From positions 1 through 64,000 of the forward strand of contig CAWKBC010000021.1 of assembly GCA_963847705.1 (NCBI GenBank): 64,000 nucleotides of DNA, written 5' to 3'. The notes under the pieces were generated by a model that was not told the origin of the DNA, did not search any database, and was given only the letters and a program-made list of their open reading frames with translations. Made by a program: the position numbers and the translations under genes. Every line of letters starts with the position of its first letter. The stretch's first letter is position 1. This document shows, one piece after another, positions 32,142 to 42,351 of this stretch. This DNA is from an uncultured Pseudomonadota bacterium (lineage in GTDB: Bacteria; Myxococcota_A; Polyangia; Fen-1088).

Positions 32142-34040
32142 CTATCTCTTGAGCACGCCGGCCAGCCGGCCGGGGAGCTCCATCTCCTCGATCTCCTCGA
32201 GCGGCTTTTCCAGCGCCAGTGACCAGTTGGGCCACTCGTTGACGGTCCCCGGCAAGTTGGGGCGCTCGGGCGCAGCGACCGCGTCGTCGAGCGTGGCCAG
32301 AAGGACGCGCGACGGCGCCTGCGCCAGCGCCCGGTGGGTCGATTCGATCACCGCCTCGACGGGCGCCTGCTCGTCGAGGTTGCCGAGCAGGCGCAGCTTC
32401 TCGCGCAGCGCCTTGGTCCCGGCCTCGTTGGGGTCGATCCCGATCTGTTTTTGCGCCCTGGCGTCGAAGCCGCTCCAGAGGCCGGCGATGGTCGGCAGAT
32501 CGTGGGTGGTGACGCTGGAGAGCGCCAGCTCCGGGAAGTGGTGCGGCGGCGCCGGCTCGAAGTAGAGCAGCCGGTACGACATCATCCGGTGGTGGTGCAG
32601 CCGCTCGCGCACGCCCGGCTCGACGGTGCCGAGATCCTCGCCGATGATGAAGGCGCGCGCCCGCTCGCTCTCGAGCGCCACGATCGCCATCAGCTCGTCG
32701 GCGCGCGCACGCACGTAGCTCCCCCGCTTGGTCCCGAGCGCCCGTGGGATCCAGAACAGGCGGAAGAGACCCATGACGTGGTCGATCCGCAGCCCGCCGA
32801 CGTGCGAGAGCATCCCGCGGATCGTCTCGATGAAGGGCTGGTAGCGGGCGGCGCGCAGCCGGTGCGGGATGAAGGGCGTCAGCCCCCAGTCCTGGCCGGC
32901 CGCGTTGAACTCGTCGGGCGGGGCGCCGACCGAGACGTCACGCGCCAGCAGGTCCTGCCAGCACCAGGCGTCGGCGCCGGCCACGTCGAGGCCGATCGGC
33001 AGGTCGTTGATGATGGCGATCGTCTGGGCGGCGCGGGCCAGCTGCGTGTCGAGCTGCCACTGCAGCCAGCTGTGAAAGGCGATGCGCCCGCCGTTGGCCT
33101 TGCGAAACACGGCGGCGCCGTCCCCGTCGGGTCGCCGCAGCGGCTCCGGCCACCTGCGCCAGTCCTTGCCGTGCAGCTCGGCGATCGCGCAGTAGGTGGA
33201 GAAGTCGGTCAGCGCCTGGCCTCTCCCCCGGCGGAACCAGTCGAACCCGTCTTCCTGGCCGCCCCGCTTTGCGAAGTCGGCGAAGATCGCCTCCAGCGCC
33301 TCCGTCTTCAGCTTGAAGATCGCGTCGCGGTCGATCTTGCGGGTGGCGTTCAACGCGCGCCCGGCGTTGCCGAGCCGTTCGCGCGTCCCTGCCTCCAGCC
33401 GCTCCCACCCCGGCACCTCCTCGACGCGCAGGAAGAGCGGGTTGGCGAACCGGCGGCTCGACGGGTAGTAGGGGGAGGGCTCGATCGGCAGCACCGGCGT
33501 CGGCGCCACCATCGGGTTCACCATCACCACGCCGCCGCCGAGCCGCCTGGTGAAGCGCCCGATGCGCGCCAGGTCGGCCAGGTCGCCGATCCCCCAGCTC
33601 TGCCGAGAGCGCGCGGCGTAGACCTGCGCCGCGAAGCCCCAGGTACGCAGGTCGTGGGGCAGGAAGCAGTGCCCCGGGCTGACGATCAGCGAGACGTCGC
33701 CCCCCTCGCCGTGCCCCTCGGGATGCAGGCGGTGGTAGCCGTGGGGCAGATCCCCCGGCAGCTCCCCCTCGACGACGCGGTGGCCCCCGTCCTCCAGCAC
33801 CAGATCGGCGCGGCCTTGCCACCTGCGGTCGCTGCCGGGGACCAGGACGCGCACCGCGTGCGAACCGTCGTTTTCGGGCGCCTCGGCGTGCGGATCGGCC
33901 CACATCGCGGCCTTGAGGGCGGCGCGCGTCTCGTCCGAGGTGGTGTGCGCGGCGCCGGCCGCGTCGTGGAAGCCGGCGACGATGCCGAACGGATCGGTCT
34001 CCGGGTGCTTGCGCCTGTCTTTGTCTTTATCTAGGGCCAT
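32142..34040 (-). CDS. malQ: 4-alpha-glucanotransferase (GH77)
   Basis: WGIGDLADL, PSPYYPSSR, DLPIG, GAPPD…GQDWG, LRIDHVMG, GEDLG, THDLPT, NLPGT…PNW. Confidence 0.95.
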   Translation of the reverse strand: MALDKDKDRRKHPETDPFGIVAGFHDAAGAAHTTSDETRAALKAAMWADPHAEAPENDGSHAVRVLVPGSDRRWQGRADLVLEDGGHRVVEGELPGDLPHGYHRLHPEGHGEGGDVSLIVSPGHCFLPHDLRTWGFAAQVYAARSRQSWGIGDLADLARIGRFTRRLGGGVVMVNPMVAPTPVLPIEPSPYYPSSRRFANPLFLRVEEVPGWERLEAGTRERLGNAGRALNATRKIDRDAIFKLKTEALEAIFADFAKRGGQEDGFDWFRRGRGQALTDFSTYCAIAELHGKDWRRWPEPLRRPDGDGAAVFRKANGGRIAFHSWLQWQLDTQLARAAQTIAIINDLPIGLDVAGADAWCWQDLLARDVSVGAPPDEFNAAGQDWGLTPFIPHRLRAARYQPFIETIRGMLSHVGGLRIDHVMGLFRLFWIPRALGTKRGSYVRARADELMAIVALESERARAFIIGEDLGTVEPGVRERLHHHRMMSYRLLYFEPAPPHHFPELALSSVTTHDLPTIAGLWSGFDARAQKQIGIDPNEAGTKALREKLRLLGNLDEQAPVEAVIESTHRALAQAPSRVLLATLDDAVAAPERPNLPGTVNEWPNWSLALEKPLEEIEEMELPGRLAGVLKR

Positions 34041-34789
34041 GGGCGCGGGCGGCGGACGCGGAACGAGAGCTCGGTGAACAGCAGGCCGCGGAAGACCATG
34101 GCCCAGTTGATGAAGATCAGCATGACCGGTTCCAGCCAGCGGGGAATGGTGTTCAGCGTGCCGGTCAGGCCGTCGAGCGAGAACAGCGACTGGAAGGCCA
34201 TCAGCCGCATCGCCAGCGGTCCGTGCTGGATGAGGCCCGTCGGCGCCAGCAGCACCGCGGCCATGAGGACGCTCGGCGCCAGCCACTCGGGCCAGTGCGC
34301 GGAGATGAACCGCGCCGCCTCCATCAAGAGCCCGAACGAGCGGGTGCGTCCCCCGCCCAGGTAGATCATCTCGGGGATCGGGTTGAAGAAGACCACCATC
34401 GTCAGGTCGACCAGGACGAAGATGATCGTGCCGCGATCGCCGAAGCTGCGGGCCACCACGCTGACGACCAGCTGGATGACCCAGGTCGCGAACATGACGC
34501 TGATGACGTCGCTGAAGTGCGCCAGGAAACTATCGCGAAAGTCGCCGAAGCCGATCTTGCGTCCGGCCACCGCCAGCCCGACCAGGTTGAGATAGCTGGA
34601 GGCGAGAAAGGCGATCAGGAACGCCAGCAGGAAGCCGCCCAGCATTCCCCCGCCCCCACCCAGCGAGCCCAGCAACCCACCTCCGATCTGTAGGAGCGCC
34701 GCATACAGCGGCAACACCACGGCCGCCGGCCAACCCCGCAACGCCAGGCGGATCGCTTTTCCCGCGAGGCGTGCGTAGAGCTTCAGCAT
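34031..34789 (-). CDS. Hypothetical integral membrane protein, co-transcribed with malQ
   Basis: 3' part of ORF 34031..35947 (MLKLYARL…) with ~6 TM segments; ATG 6 nt after TATCAT; stop overlaps malQ start. Confidence 0.75.
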   Translation of the reverse strand: MLKLYARLAGKAIRLALRGWPAAVVLPLYAALLQIGGGLLGSLGGGGGMLGGFLLAFLIAFLASSYLNLVGLAVAGRKIGFGDFRDSFLAHFSDVISVMFATWVIQLVVSVVARSFGDRGTIIFVLVDLTMVVFFNPIPEMIYLGGGRTRSFGLLMEAARFISAHWPEWLAPSVLMAAVLLAPTGLIQHGPLAMRLMAFQSLFSLDGLTGTLNTIPRWLEPVMLIFINWAMVFRGLLFTELSFRVRRPRPWP

Positions 34790-34816
34790 CGGGGGATGAT
34801 ACCTTAGCCGGCGCTC

Positions 34817-36844
34817 ATGGCGTCGCACGGCCGATACACGATCCTCGGAAAGCTGGCCGACGGCGGCATGGCCGAGATCTTCCTGGCCGTCCAGCACGGG
34901 GCCGAGGGGTTCGAGAAGCAGGTCGTCCTGAAGCGCATCCTCACCCAGTATTCCGCGGATCCGCAGTTCCGCAACATGCTGCTCGACGAGGCGCACATCT
35001 CGATGACCCTGCAGCACGGGAGCATCGTGCAGGTCCTGGATCTCGGGGTGGCGGCCGGGCGCTACTTCCTGGCGCTGGAGCTGGTCGACGGCTGGGACCT
35101 CGAGAAGATCCTCCAGCGCGCCTACAAGGCGGAGATGGTCTTTCCGACCGCGCTCGGCCTCTATGTCGTGGCCGAGGTCTGCCGGGCGCTCGCCTACGCC
35201 CACGGCAAGAGCCGCGACGGCAAACCGCTGGGGATCGTCCACCGCGACATCAGCCCGAACAACGTGCTCCTGAGCGGCGAGGGGGAGGTGAAGCTGGCCG
35301 ACTTCGGCATCGCCAAGGCCCAGCGCAAGCGCGAGCAGACTGCCGCCGGCGTCATCAAGGGCAAGGTCGCTTACATGTCCCCGGAGCAGGCTCGGGGCGA
35401 GGCGATCGATCGCCGGTCGGACATCTTCTCCGTCGGGTCGATGCTGTACCGGATGATGACCGACCGGCTGCCCTTCGAGGCCAACAACGACCTCGAGTCG
35501 CTGCTGCGGGTGCAAAAGGCGGAATTCCCCCCGCCCGAGGAGGCCAAGCCGGGCCTCGGCGCCTCGGTGGCGGCGATCATCCGGCGGGCGATGCGCCTCC
35601 AGCCGGCGGAGCGTTATCAGACGGCCGAGGAGATGCTGGTCGAGGTAGAGCGGGTGCTGCGCACCGAGTTCCACTCGGCCGGACAGACGGAGCTCAAGTC
35701 CTGGCTGGTGCAGCTGGGGCGCCGCGACAACGCGCCGTCGATCGGGCGGGCGCCGCGCGACGAGGCGGGCGTGGTGAAGGACATCGTGGGGACCGATCTG
35801 TCGATCGGGACCTCGTTCGAGCTGCGCGATCTCGATCTGTCGTCCGAGCAGACCGAGCTGCAACGCGGGCGCACCCCCTCGCCCGAGCCCAAGCCCTTCC
35901 CGGGGGGAAGTCTCAAGGAGCCGCCGCCGCTGCCCCGCAGCGGCCACACCGCCGAGATCGCCAAGCCGGGGGCGAACCCGCCCGCGCGGAGCCGCTCAGG
36001 CGGGTTCTGGTTGGGCGTCATCCTCACCCTCGGCGCGGTGGTGGGGGCCCGGTACGTCTGGGTCTGGGCAGAAAACAGGGGCGTGATGACCGCGCTCGGC
36101 CTTGGTGGAAAAGACGGCAGTGACGGCAAGGCGCGGGCGCCGTCCGCGCCGGCGCCCGCACCTGCGGAACCGGTGGGACCGTCGGCATCGCCCACACCGC
36201 CGTCGAACGCGGCTCAGCCCGGGCAGCCTGCGCAGCCGGCACAGGTCCCTTCGGCCCCGGCGGCCACTGCGGACAAGACGCTGGCCGACGCCGCCTCCCC
36301 GGCCGTTACGGCGCGGGCCGTCGCCGGGGGCTCCCCGGACGCGCATCCGGCCGCTGCGGAGGCGCAGGCCGCCGAGCAGAAGCCGTTGCCCTCGGGTCCG
36401 CCGGCGGAGAAGACCGGGGAGGGGGCGGACACCGACGAGGAGGCGCTGCTCCGCAAGGCGGTGCCGAACGCCGAGAACGCGGTCATCGGCGAGGACGAAG
36501 CGGAAGCAGAGCCGACGACGGCCGCCAAATCGAAGCCGGCCGCCAAGTCCCACGCCACGCCTGGAAAACCGGCTCCCGAGGTCCCGCGGGTCGAGACCGC
36601 GATCCTGCATTTCACCAGCGTGCCGGCCGGCGCGGTGGTGAAGACCAAGGCGCGCGTGCTCGGCCGCACGCCGATCGCGCTGCACTTCAAGACCGGCAAC
36701 ACCTACGAGATCGTCCTCGTCAAGCGCGGCTACGAGCCGGCGACGCGCAAGGTGGCCGTCCGCGACACGAAGGATCGCAAGCTGGCCGTGACGCTGAAGA
36801 AGACGCCGCCCCCCAAGCACACGTTCTTCCACCCTCACCGATGA
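34817..36844 (+). CDS. Hanks-type Ser/Thr protein kinase with TM, Pro/Ala linker and C-terminal PEGA domain
   Basis: GGMAEIF, VVLKRI, HRDISPNN, DFG, YMSPEQ; TM WLGVILTLGAVVG; SVPAGAVV…GRTP…GY. Confidence 0.95.
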   Translation: MASHGRYTILGKLADGGMAEIFLAVQHGAEGFEKQVVLKRILTQYSADPQFRNMLLDEAHISMTLQHGSIVQVLDLGVAAGRYFLALELVDGWDLEKILQRAYKAEMVFPTALGLYVVAEVCRALAYAHGKSRDGKPLGIVHRDISPNNVLLSGEGEVKLADFGIAKAQRKREQTAAGVIKGKVAYMSPEQARGEAIDRRSDIFSVGSMLYRMMTDRLPFEANNDLESLLRVQKAEFPPPEEAKPGLGASVAAIIRRAMRLQPAERYQTAEEMLVEVERVLRTEFHSAGQTELKSWLVQLGRRDNAPSIGRAPRDEAGVVKDIVGTDLSIGTSFELRDLDLSSEQTELQRGRTPSPEPKPFPGGSLKEPPPLPRSGHTAEIAKPGANPPARSRSGGFWLGVILTLGAVVGARYVWVWAENRGVMTALGLGGKDGSDGKARAPSAPAPAPAEPVGPSASPTPPSNAAQPGQPAQPAQVPSAPAATADKTLADAASPAVTARAVAGGSPDAHPAAAEAQAAEQKPLPSGPPAEKTGEGADTDEEALLRKAVPNAENAVIGEDEAEAEPTTAAKSKPAAKSHATPGKPAPEVPRVETAILHFTSVPAGAVVKTKARVLGRTPIALHFKTGNTYEIVLVKRGYEPATRKVAVRDTKDRKLAVTLKKTPPPKHTFFHPHR

Positions 36845-38511
36845 GAACGGCGGGCTGGAAGGCCGCGCCGCCACGCGCGCCCTCGGTCGGCCTGCTGGCG
36901 GTCGCCGTCCTGGCGGCGGCGCTGGTCGGTCCGGCGCGCGCGGACGGCGCCCAGGGCTCGGAGGCCGACATCGATGCCCTGCGCGCCTCCGCGCTGGCGG
37001 CGATCGCGCGTGCGCGTGCCGCCGGCGGGTCGGAGGTCGTCCGCGAGGTGACGCTGCCGTCGATCGAGCGCCTGGTGGCCGACGCCGATCTCCGCCGCGC
37101 GTCGATCACCAAGCCGGCCCGCGACGAGGCCTTCGTGCGCGACACGCTGACGACCGCGCGTGCCTACGCCGAGCGGGTCGCCAGGGGGGACGATCCTTAC
37201 CGGACGGCCACCGGCGAGCTGGTGAAGGCCTACCGCGCCGGCTGGGACGGGACGCTGCAACCCTACGCGCTCTACGTGCCGCGCGGCTACGACGGCCCCA
37301 GAAAGAATGCAGACAAGACTGCAGACAAGAAGGCGTCCGCTCCGGCCTCCTGGCCGCTGGTCGTGGCGCTGCACGGCGCGCTGTCGGACCACAAGCACAA
37401 CCTGCGGCGGGTGTTCGGGCTCGACAACCGGCCGGGCGAGACGGACGCCGAGGCCTCCCGCAACCAGCTCCCGCTCCCCGACGTCCCGGCGTTCGTCGTC
37501 TCGCCGCTGGGCCGCGGCGAGATGATGGGCTACGACGGCCTCGGCTACGACGACGTCATGCGGGTGATCGCCGACGTTCGCCGCGCCTATCCGATCGATC
37601 CGGACCGGATCACGCTCACCGGCCTTTCGATGGGGGGCGGCGGGACCTGGGCGATTGGCCTGCGCCATCCCGAGCTCTTCGCCGCGCTGGCGCCTGTCTG
37701 CGCCGTCGCCGACTTCCGGCGCATGGTCCAACCGGCCGACGCCGCCCTCTACGATCTGGCGCGGCTCGCCGCGCTGTCGCCGCCGGAGCTCGCCGCGAAC
37801 GCCGCTCACCAGCAGGTCTTCATCTTTCACGGCGACAAGGATCCGATCGTCCCGGTCGAGGATTCGCGCCAGATGGCCGCGCGCTTCGAGGCGCTCGGCT
37901 GGCTGGGCAAGAACGTCCACTACACCGAGTATCCGGGCGTCCAGCACGCGGCCTGGATTCCCGCCTACAAGGACGCCGAGCTCTTGAAGATGCTCGCCAC
38001 GATCAAGCGCGATCCGGCCGCGCCCAGGACGCCGCTCTCGCCGCCGCCCCCGGGCGAGGCGATCCCGGGTCTGGCCAGCAAGAGCGTTCCCCGCCAGCAC
38101 CCGCACCTCTACGTCTACGGCACGAACGGTCCGCCCGAGGCGGTGGCCGCGGCGCGCGCGCTGGCCAACGCCCTGGCCGACTGGGGGCCGATGATCGCGG
38201 CGAAATTCGCGGTCAAGAGCGACCGGGAGGTGACGGCCGGCGATCGCGCGCGGTTCAACCTGGTGCTGGTCGGCGCGGCGCCGCTCAACACGCTCGTCCG
38301 CGGGCTCCCCCTCCCGATGCAGGACGCGCGCCCGCTCGGCGATCGCGCCTTCCGGGCCCAGGTGCCCGACGCGCGCGCCCCCAGCCGGTACGGGCTGGTC
38401 TTTGGCGCCCTCACGCCACGCGGCTTCGCGCGGCTGCAGCGCTTCGCCCGCCACAACCGCGACGCCTGGACCCCCGAGAGCAACCGTTCGTTCACGTTGT
38501 TCGACAACTAG
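36841..38511 (+). CDS. Secreted alpha/beta-hydrolase (esterase/S9-like)
   Basis: Signal peptide; PLVVALHG, GLSMGG nucleophile, FHGDKDPIV, YPGVQH; ATGA overlap with kinase. Confidence 0.88.
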   Translation: MRTAGWKAAPPRAPSVGLLAVAVLAAALVGPARADGAQGSEADIDALRASALAAIARARAAGGSEVVREVTLPSIERLVADADLRRASITKPARDEAFVRDTLTTARAYAERVARGDDPYRTATGELVKAYRAGWDGTLQPYALYVPRGYDGPRKNADKTADKKASAPASWPLVVALHGALSDHKHNLRRVFGLDNRPGETDAEASRNQLPLPDVPAFVVSPLGRGEMMGYDGLGYDDVMRVIADVRRAYPIDPDRITLTGLSMGGGGTWAIGLRHPELFAALAPVCAVADFRRMVQPADAALYDLARLAALSPPELAANAAHQQVFIFHGDKDPIVPVEDSRQMAARFEALGWLGKNVHYTEYPGVQHAAWIPAYKDAELLKMLATIKRDPAAPRTPLSPPPPGEAIPGLASKSVPRQHPHLYVYGTNGPPEAVAAARALANALADWGPMIAAKFAVKSDREVTAGDRARFNLVLVGAAPLNTLVRGLPLPMQDARPLGDRAFRAQVPDARAPSRYGLVFGALTPRGFARLQRFARHNRDAWTPESNRSFTLFDN

Positions 38512-38617
38512 CGCGCCAGGTGGCCTCGCCAAGCGGCCAGCTGAGAGAGGCAAGCTTGTGAACAATCGCATATTGACCGCAGCCGGGGAGGACGAAACAA
38601 TGCTGACAGGAGGCCGA

Positions 38618-39994
38618 ATGATGGCGTCGAGAGGCGTACTGGTGGCGGCTCTGGCCGCGGGCGCGCTGGCCGGGAGTGGTTGCGGCAGCGGTGGCCACGA
38701 AGCCGTGGTGATGGTGATCGACGAGGGGATCGATCTCACCGCAGCCGATCTGCAGGGCAAGGTCGTGGCCAGCTACACGGAGACCTGCGTCGACGACTCC
38801 TCGGGCGGCGGAGGCTACGACGCGGGCGCGGTCGACGGCGGTGGTCTCTCGTTCGCCATGCTCAAGCAGATGTACCTGGCGGCCCTGTCGCAGCCTGACG
38901 ACAGCTGCCACTTGAGCTCCGGCATCAGCGCCAAGGCCGATCCGCTGGCCGTCGTCGCCCAGTTCAAGAGCCGCTGGAACGCGATGGTCCGCGCGAACCA
39001 GACGCCCTCCGACGTCTTCAGCGCCAGCGAGATCGCCCAGCTGACGGGCCCCGTCGACGCCGAGCTCTTCGGCGCCTTCAACTATCACGGCACCGCCACC
39101 TCCAGCACCGTCGCCCATGAAAACGGGAACGTCCAGTTGGTGCTGGTCGAGCGCCAGCTGGCGTCGGAGGGATCGCTGCAGACCAACTTCCCCTGCATCG
39201 CGCAGGCGGACATCGACCAGGTGGTCGAGCTGTTGAACGATCCGCAGGTCTACGCCGCCTCGGTCAACCAGCCCGCCCAGATCGACGGCGAGCTGGCAGA
39301 CGCTCAGGCCACGCACCACGTCCAGATCGTCAACGAGAGCTTCGGGGCCGAATCGCGCCAGACGCTGGAGATGTTGCAGCAGCAGAATTGCCCGAACAGC
39401 GTCGACCTCTCGGCCTACTTCGCGCTCATCGACAAGGAGACGATCGACCACAACGCCACCATCGGTGGACCGTCGCTCCTCACCGTTCAGGCGGCCGGCA
39501 ACGACGGGGTGAAGATCGACACCGGCAGCGACTCGCTCTCCTGCGACCTCGGCGATCCGAAGGCGCTGCTGGTCGGCGCCTACAACCCAGAGACGCTGGT
39601 CCAGAACACGTTTTCCAATTACGGCGCCTGCGTGAACGTCTACGCTCCGGGGCAGGCGATCGTCGTCGACTACGCGGGCGGGTGGGTGACCTGGGCCAGC
39701 GGCACCAGCTTCTCCTCGCCGTTGACCGCCCGCCTGGCCTCGATGACGGCGGCCACGCCGTTCGATCCGACGGCCGCGCGTACGGCGATCGTCGCCAAGG
39801 CCGACCCGACGACCCAGTTTCTGCCGGTGGGGCTGTTCCCCGGCGACTTCTTCTACGTCCCGGGGACGCAGTATCCGGAGTTCGCCGTCCCCGCGGTCGC
39901 CGCCAGGGCCGCGCCACCCCACCGTCCCCCCACCGAGTACGAGCTGCACCGGGTCTTCGGACCGCTCAACCGCCTGAAGCGCCTGCGTCCGTGA
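38618..39994 (+). CDS. S8 subtilase-family lipoprotein
   Basis: AGGAGG RBS; lipobox GSG-C; VIDEGID (Asp), YHGTAT (His), AAGNDG (Asn), SGTSFSSP (Ser). Confidence 0.85.
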   Translation: MMASRGVLVAALAAGALAGSGCGSGGHEAVVMVIDEGIDLTAADLQGKVVASYTETCVDDSSGGGGYDAGAVDGGGLSFAMLKQMYLAALSQPDDSCHLSSGISAKADPLAVVAQFKSRWNAMVRANQTPSDVFSASEIAQLTGPVDAELFGAFNYHGTATSSTVAHENGNVQLVLVERQLASEGSLQTNFPCIAQADIDQVVELLNDPQVYAASVNQPAQIDGELADAQATHHVQIVNESFGAESRQTLEMLQQQNCPNSVDLSAYFALIDKETIDHNATIGGPSLLTVQAAGNDGVKIDTGSDSLSCDLGDPKALLVGAYNPETLVQNTFSNYGACVNVYAPGQAIVVDYAGGWVTWASGTSFSSPLTARLASMTAATPFDPTAARTAIVAKADPTTQFLPVGLFPGDFFYVPGTQYPEFAVPAVAARAAPPHRPPTEYELHRVFGPLNRLKRLRP

Positions 39995-40080
39995 GGAGGA
40001 CCGGCCACTCCGTCTTGACCTCGATTTAACCTTCGAGCGGGGTCGAAAAGCTTGGGCGACCGGCCTATACTGCCGCGTCT

Positions 40081-41154
40081 ATGGCGAATCTGAAGCTGAA
40101 ACCTGGGGTCATCACCGGCAACGCTCTCAAGGAGGTCTTTGCTTACTGCAAGGAGGTCCATGCGGCGATGCCGGCGGTCAACGTGATCGGCTCGCACTCC
40201 GCGAACGCCGCGATGGCGGCGGCCAAGGAGGCCAAGGCGCCGGTCATCGTGCAGCTCTCGCACACCGGGTCGCAGTTCTACGGCGGCAAGACGCTGGACA
40301 ACAGCCAGCAGCAGGCCTCGATCGCCGGCTCGATCGCCGGCGCGCACCACGTCCGGACGCTGGCCAAGGTCTACGGCGTGCCGGTCATCCTGCACACCGA
40401 CCACTGCGCCAAGAAGATCCTCCCCTGGGTCGAGGGGGTCATCGCCGCGGGCGAGGAGTACTTCGCGCGCAACGGCGAGCCGCTCTTCAGCTCGCACATG
40501 CTGGACCTCTCGGAGCAGCCGCTGGCCGAGAACATCGACATCAGCGCCCGCACGCTGACCCGCATCGCCAAGATGAACATGACGCTGGAGATCGAGCTGG
40601 GGATCACCGGCGGCGAAGAGGACGGCGTCGACAACTCCGGCGCCGATCACTCCAAGCTCTACACCAGCCCCGAGGATGTGCTGAAGGCCTACGACGTCCT
40701 CAACCCGATCGGCAGCTTCACCGTCGCCGCGGCGTTCGGGAACACGCACGGCGTCTACGCCCCGGGCAACGTCAAGCTGAAGCCGACCATCCTGCGCGAC
40801 TCGCAGAAGTTCATTCAGGAGCAGCGCAAGACCGGTCCCCATCCGGTGAACTTCGTCTTTCACGGCGGCTCCGGCTCGTCGCCCGAGGAGATCAGCGAGG
40901 CGGTCTCCTACGGCGTGGTGAAGATGAACATCGACACCGACACCCAGTGGGCCTTCACCCACCCCATCAAGCAGTTCATGGACGAAAAGGGCGCCTACCT
41001 GATGTCCCAGATCGGCAACCCCGAGGGTCCCGACAAGCCGAACAAGAAGTACATCGACCCGCGCGGGTGGCTGCACATCGGCGAAAAGGGGATCACCGCT
41101 CGGCTGGTCCAGGCGTTCAAAGAGCTGGGCGCCTTCGGCAAGTTCGAGTTTTAG
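40081..41154 (+). CDS. fbaA: Class II fructose-bisphosphate aldolase
   Basis: LHTDHC, SSHMLDLS, EIELGITGGEEDG, FGNTHG, VFHGGSGS, KMNIDTDTQW. Confidence 0.97.
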   Translation: MANLKLKPGVITGNALKEVFAYCKEVHAAMPAVNVIGSHSANAAMAAAKEAKAPVIVQLSHTGSQFYGGKTLDNSQQQASIAGSIAGAHHVRTLAKVYGVPVILHTDHCAKKILPWVEGVIAAGEEYFARNGEPLFSSHMLDLSEQPLAENIDISARTLTRIAKMNMTLEIELGITGGEEDGVDNSGADHSKLYTSPEDVLKAYDVLNPIGSFTVAAAFGNTHGVYAPGNVKLKPTILRDSQKFIQEQRKTGPHPVNFVFHGGSGSSPEEISEAVSYGVVKMNIDTDTQWAFTHPIKQFMDEKGAYLMSQIGNPEGPDKPNKKYIDPRGWLHIGEKGITARLVQAFKELGAFGKFEF

Positions 41155-41158
41155 AACA

Positions 41159-41182
41159 CAGGAACCCCTGGGAGGGTTCCTG
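41159..41182 (+). terminator. Hairpin after fbaA (possible terminator)
   Basis: caggaaccc-ctggga-gggttcctg 9-bp stem, no immediate U tract. Confidence 0.4.
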
Positions 41183-41414
41183 CGACCTCCGCTTTTCAGC
41201 GCGAGAATCGCGGCCATGCGCGGTACGTGTGATCGCCAGCACCTGTAAGTGGAGGTGTTCTTTCAGATTTTTCTATGAGGCGGGTCTGAGTGGGTGAGCG
41301 GACGGGGAACGTGGTCCCGTCCGGCCCCCTCATGAGCCTCGCCTCAATCACACCGTTCGTCCGTCCGATGTCTGGGGCGCGAGGCTCGCTATTTTTTTGG
41401 CGAAGGAGCAGCTC

Positions 41415-42326
41415 ATGTTGACGCGCGCGGGATCGAAGACGGGGATTTTGACGGCCGTGGCGCTGGCCACGCTGGCGGCCGGCTGTCGCAAAGAAGGGGT
41501 CACCGACCAGGGGCAGATCGGCGCCGCGGTGGGCGAGGTGATGGCGAGCGCCGACGAGTCCGCGAACAGCGGCACGACCACCGCGATGCTGCCGGCGCTT
41601 CCGGTCGTTCCGGTCCTGCGCGCGCCCGCCGAGCTGCGGCCGCCGCTCTGGCGACGGGCGATGGGTGCGCTGACCCTGATCCCGCCCGCCTACGCCGATT
41701 CCTGTCTGCCGGTCACGTACTCCGCCTGCACCGCAGGCGTGCGGACCGCGACCTTCAACGGCTGCACCGTCGGCCTCGTCGCCGTCGACGGCTCGGTGAA
41801 CCTCACTTTCAGCGACGCGGCAGCCTGCAACATCGCCACCGTGGGCGACAGCGTGAACCGCACCGGGAGCCTGACGCTGTCGGCGCTCGGCGGCTCGCTG
41901 GCCATCACCGCGCCGGGCGGCGGTCAGACGCTGACCCGCACCGCCACCGGGTTCACCTTCGCGGTGCCGGGGATGGAGCGCGTCCTCACGCTGCCGAGCG
42001 GCCGGACGCTGTTCGACATCAGCACGGCGACCTCCACGCCGCTCACCATCACCGGCAGCTCGCGTGCCGACATGGTGATGGTGGGCGGGACGCTGGTCGT
42101 CACCCACAAGCTCGCGGGCTACTCGGTGGCGCTCACGCCGGACAACCTGGCCTGGACGCCGACCTGCAACTGCGCCTCCTCGGGCTCGCTCAGCGGCACC
42201 GTCTCGGGCGGCGGCAAGGACGACGGCAAGTCGGCCACCGTCACCCTCACCGGCTGCGGCACCGCCGACGTGACCATCGACGGCGACACCGAGAGCGTCA
42301 CGATGGACCGCTGCGCGGCGATCTGA
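41415..42326 (+). CDS. Cys/Thr/Gly-rich beta-strand lipoprotein, unknown function
   Basis: AAGGAG RBS, lipobox AAG-C, multiple Cys, alternating beta-strand pattern. Confidence 0.8.
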   Translation: MLTRAGSKTGILTAVALATLAAGCRKEGVTDQGQIGAAVGEVMASADESANSGTTTAMLPALPVVPVLRAPAELRPPLWRRAMGALTLIPPAYADSCLPVTYSACTAGVRTATFNGCTVGLVAVDGSVNLTFSDAAACNIATVGDSVNRTGSLTLSALGGSLAITAPGGGQTLTRTATGFTFAVPGMERVLTLPSGRTLFDISTATSTPLTITGSSRADMVMVGGTLVVTHKLAGYSVALTPDNLAWTPTCNCASSGSLSGTVSGGGKDDGKSATVTLTGCGTADVTIDGDTESVTMDRCAAI

Positions 42327-42351
42327 GGGCCCGCTGACGACCCCGTCCTGA

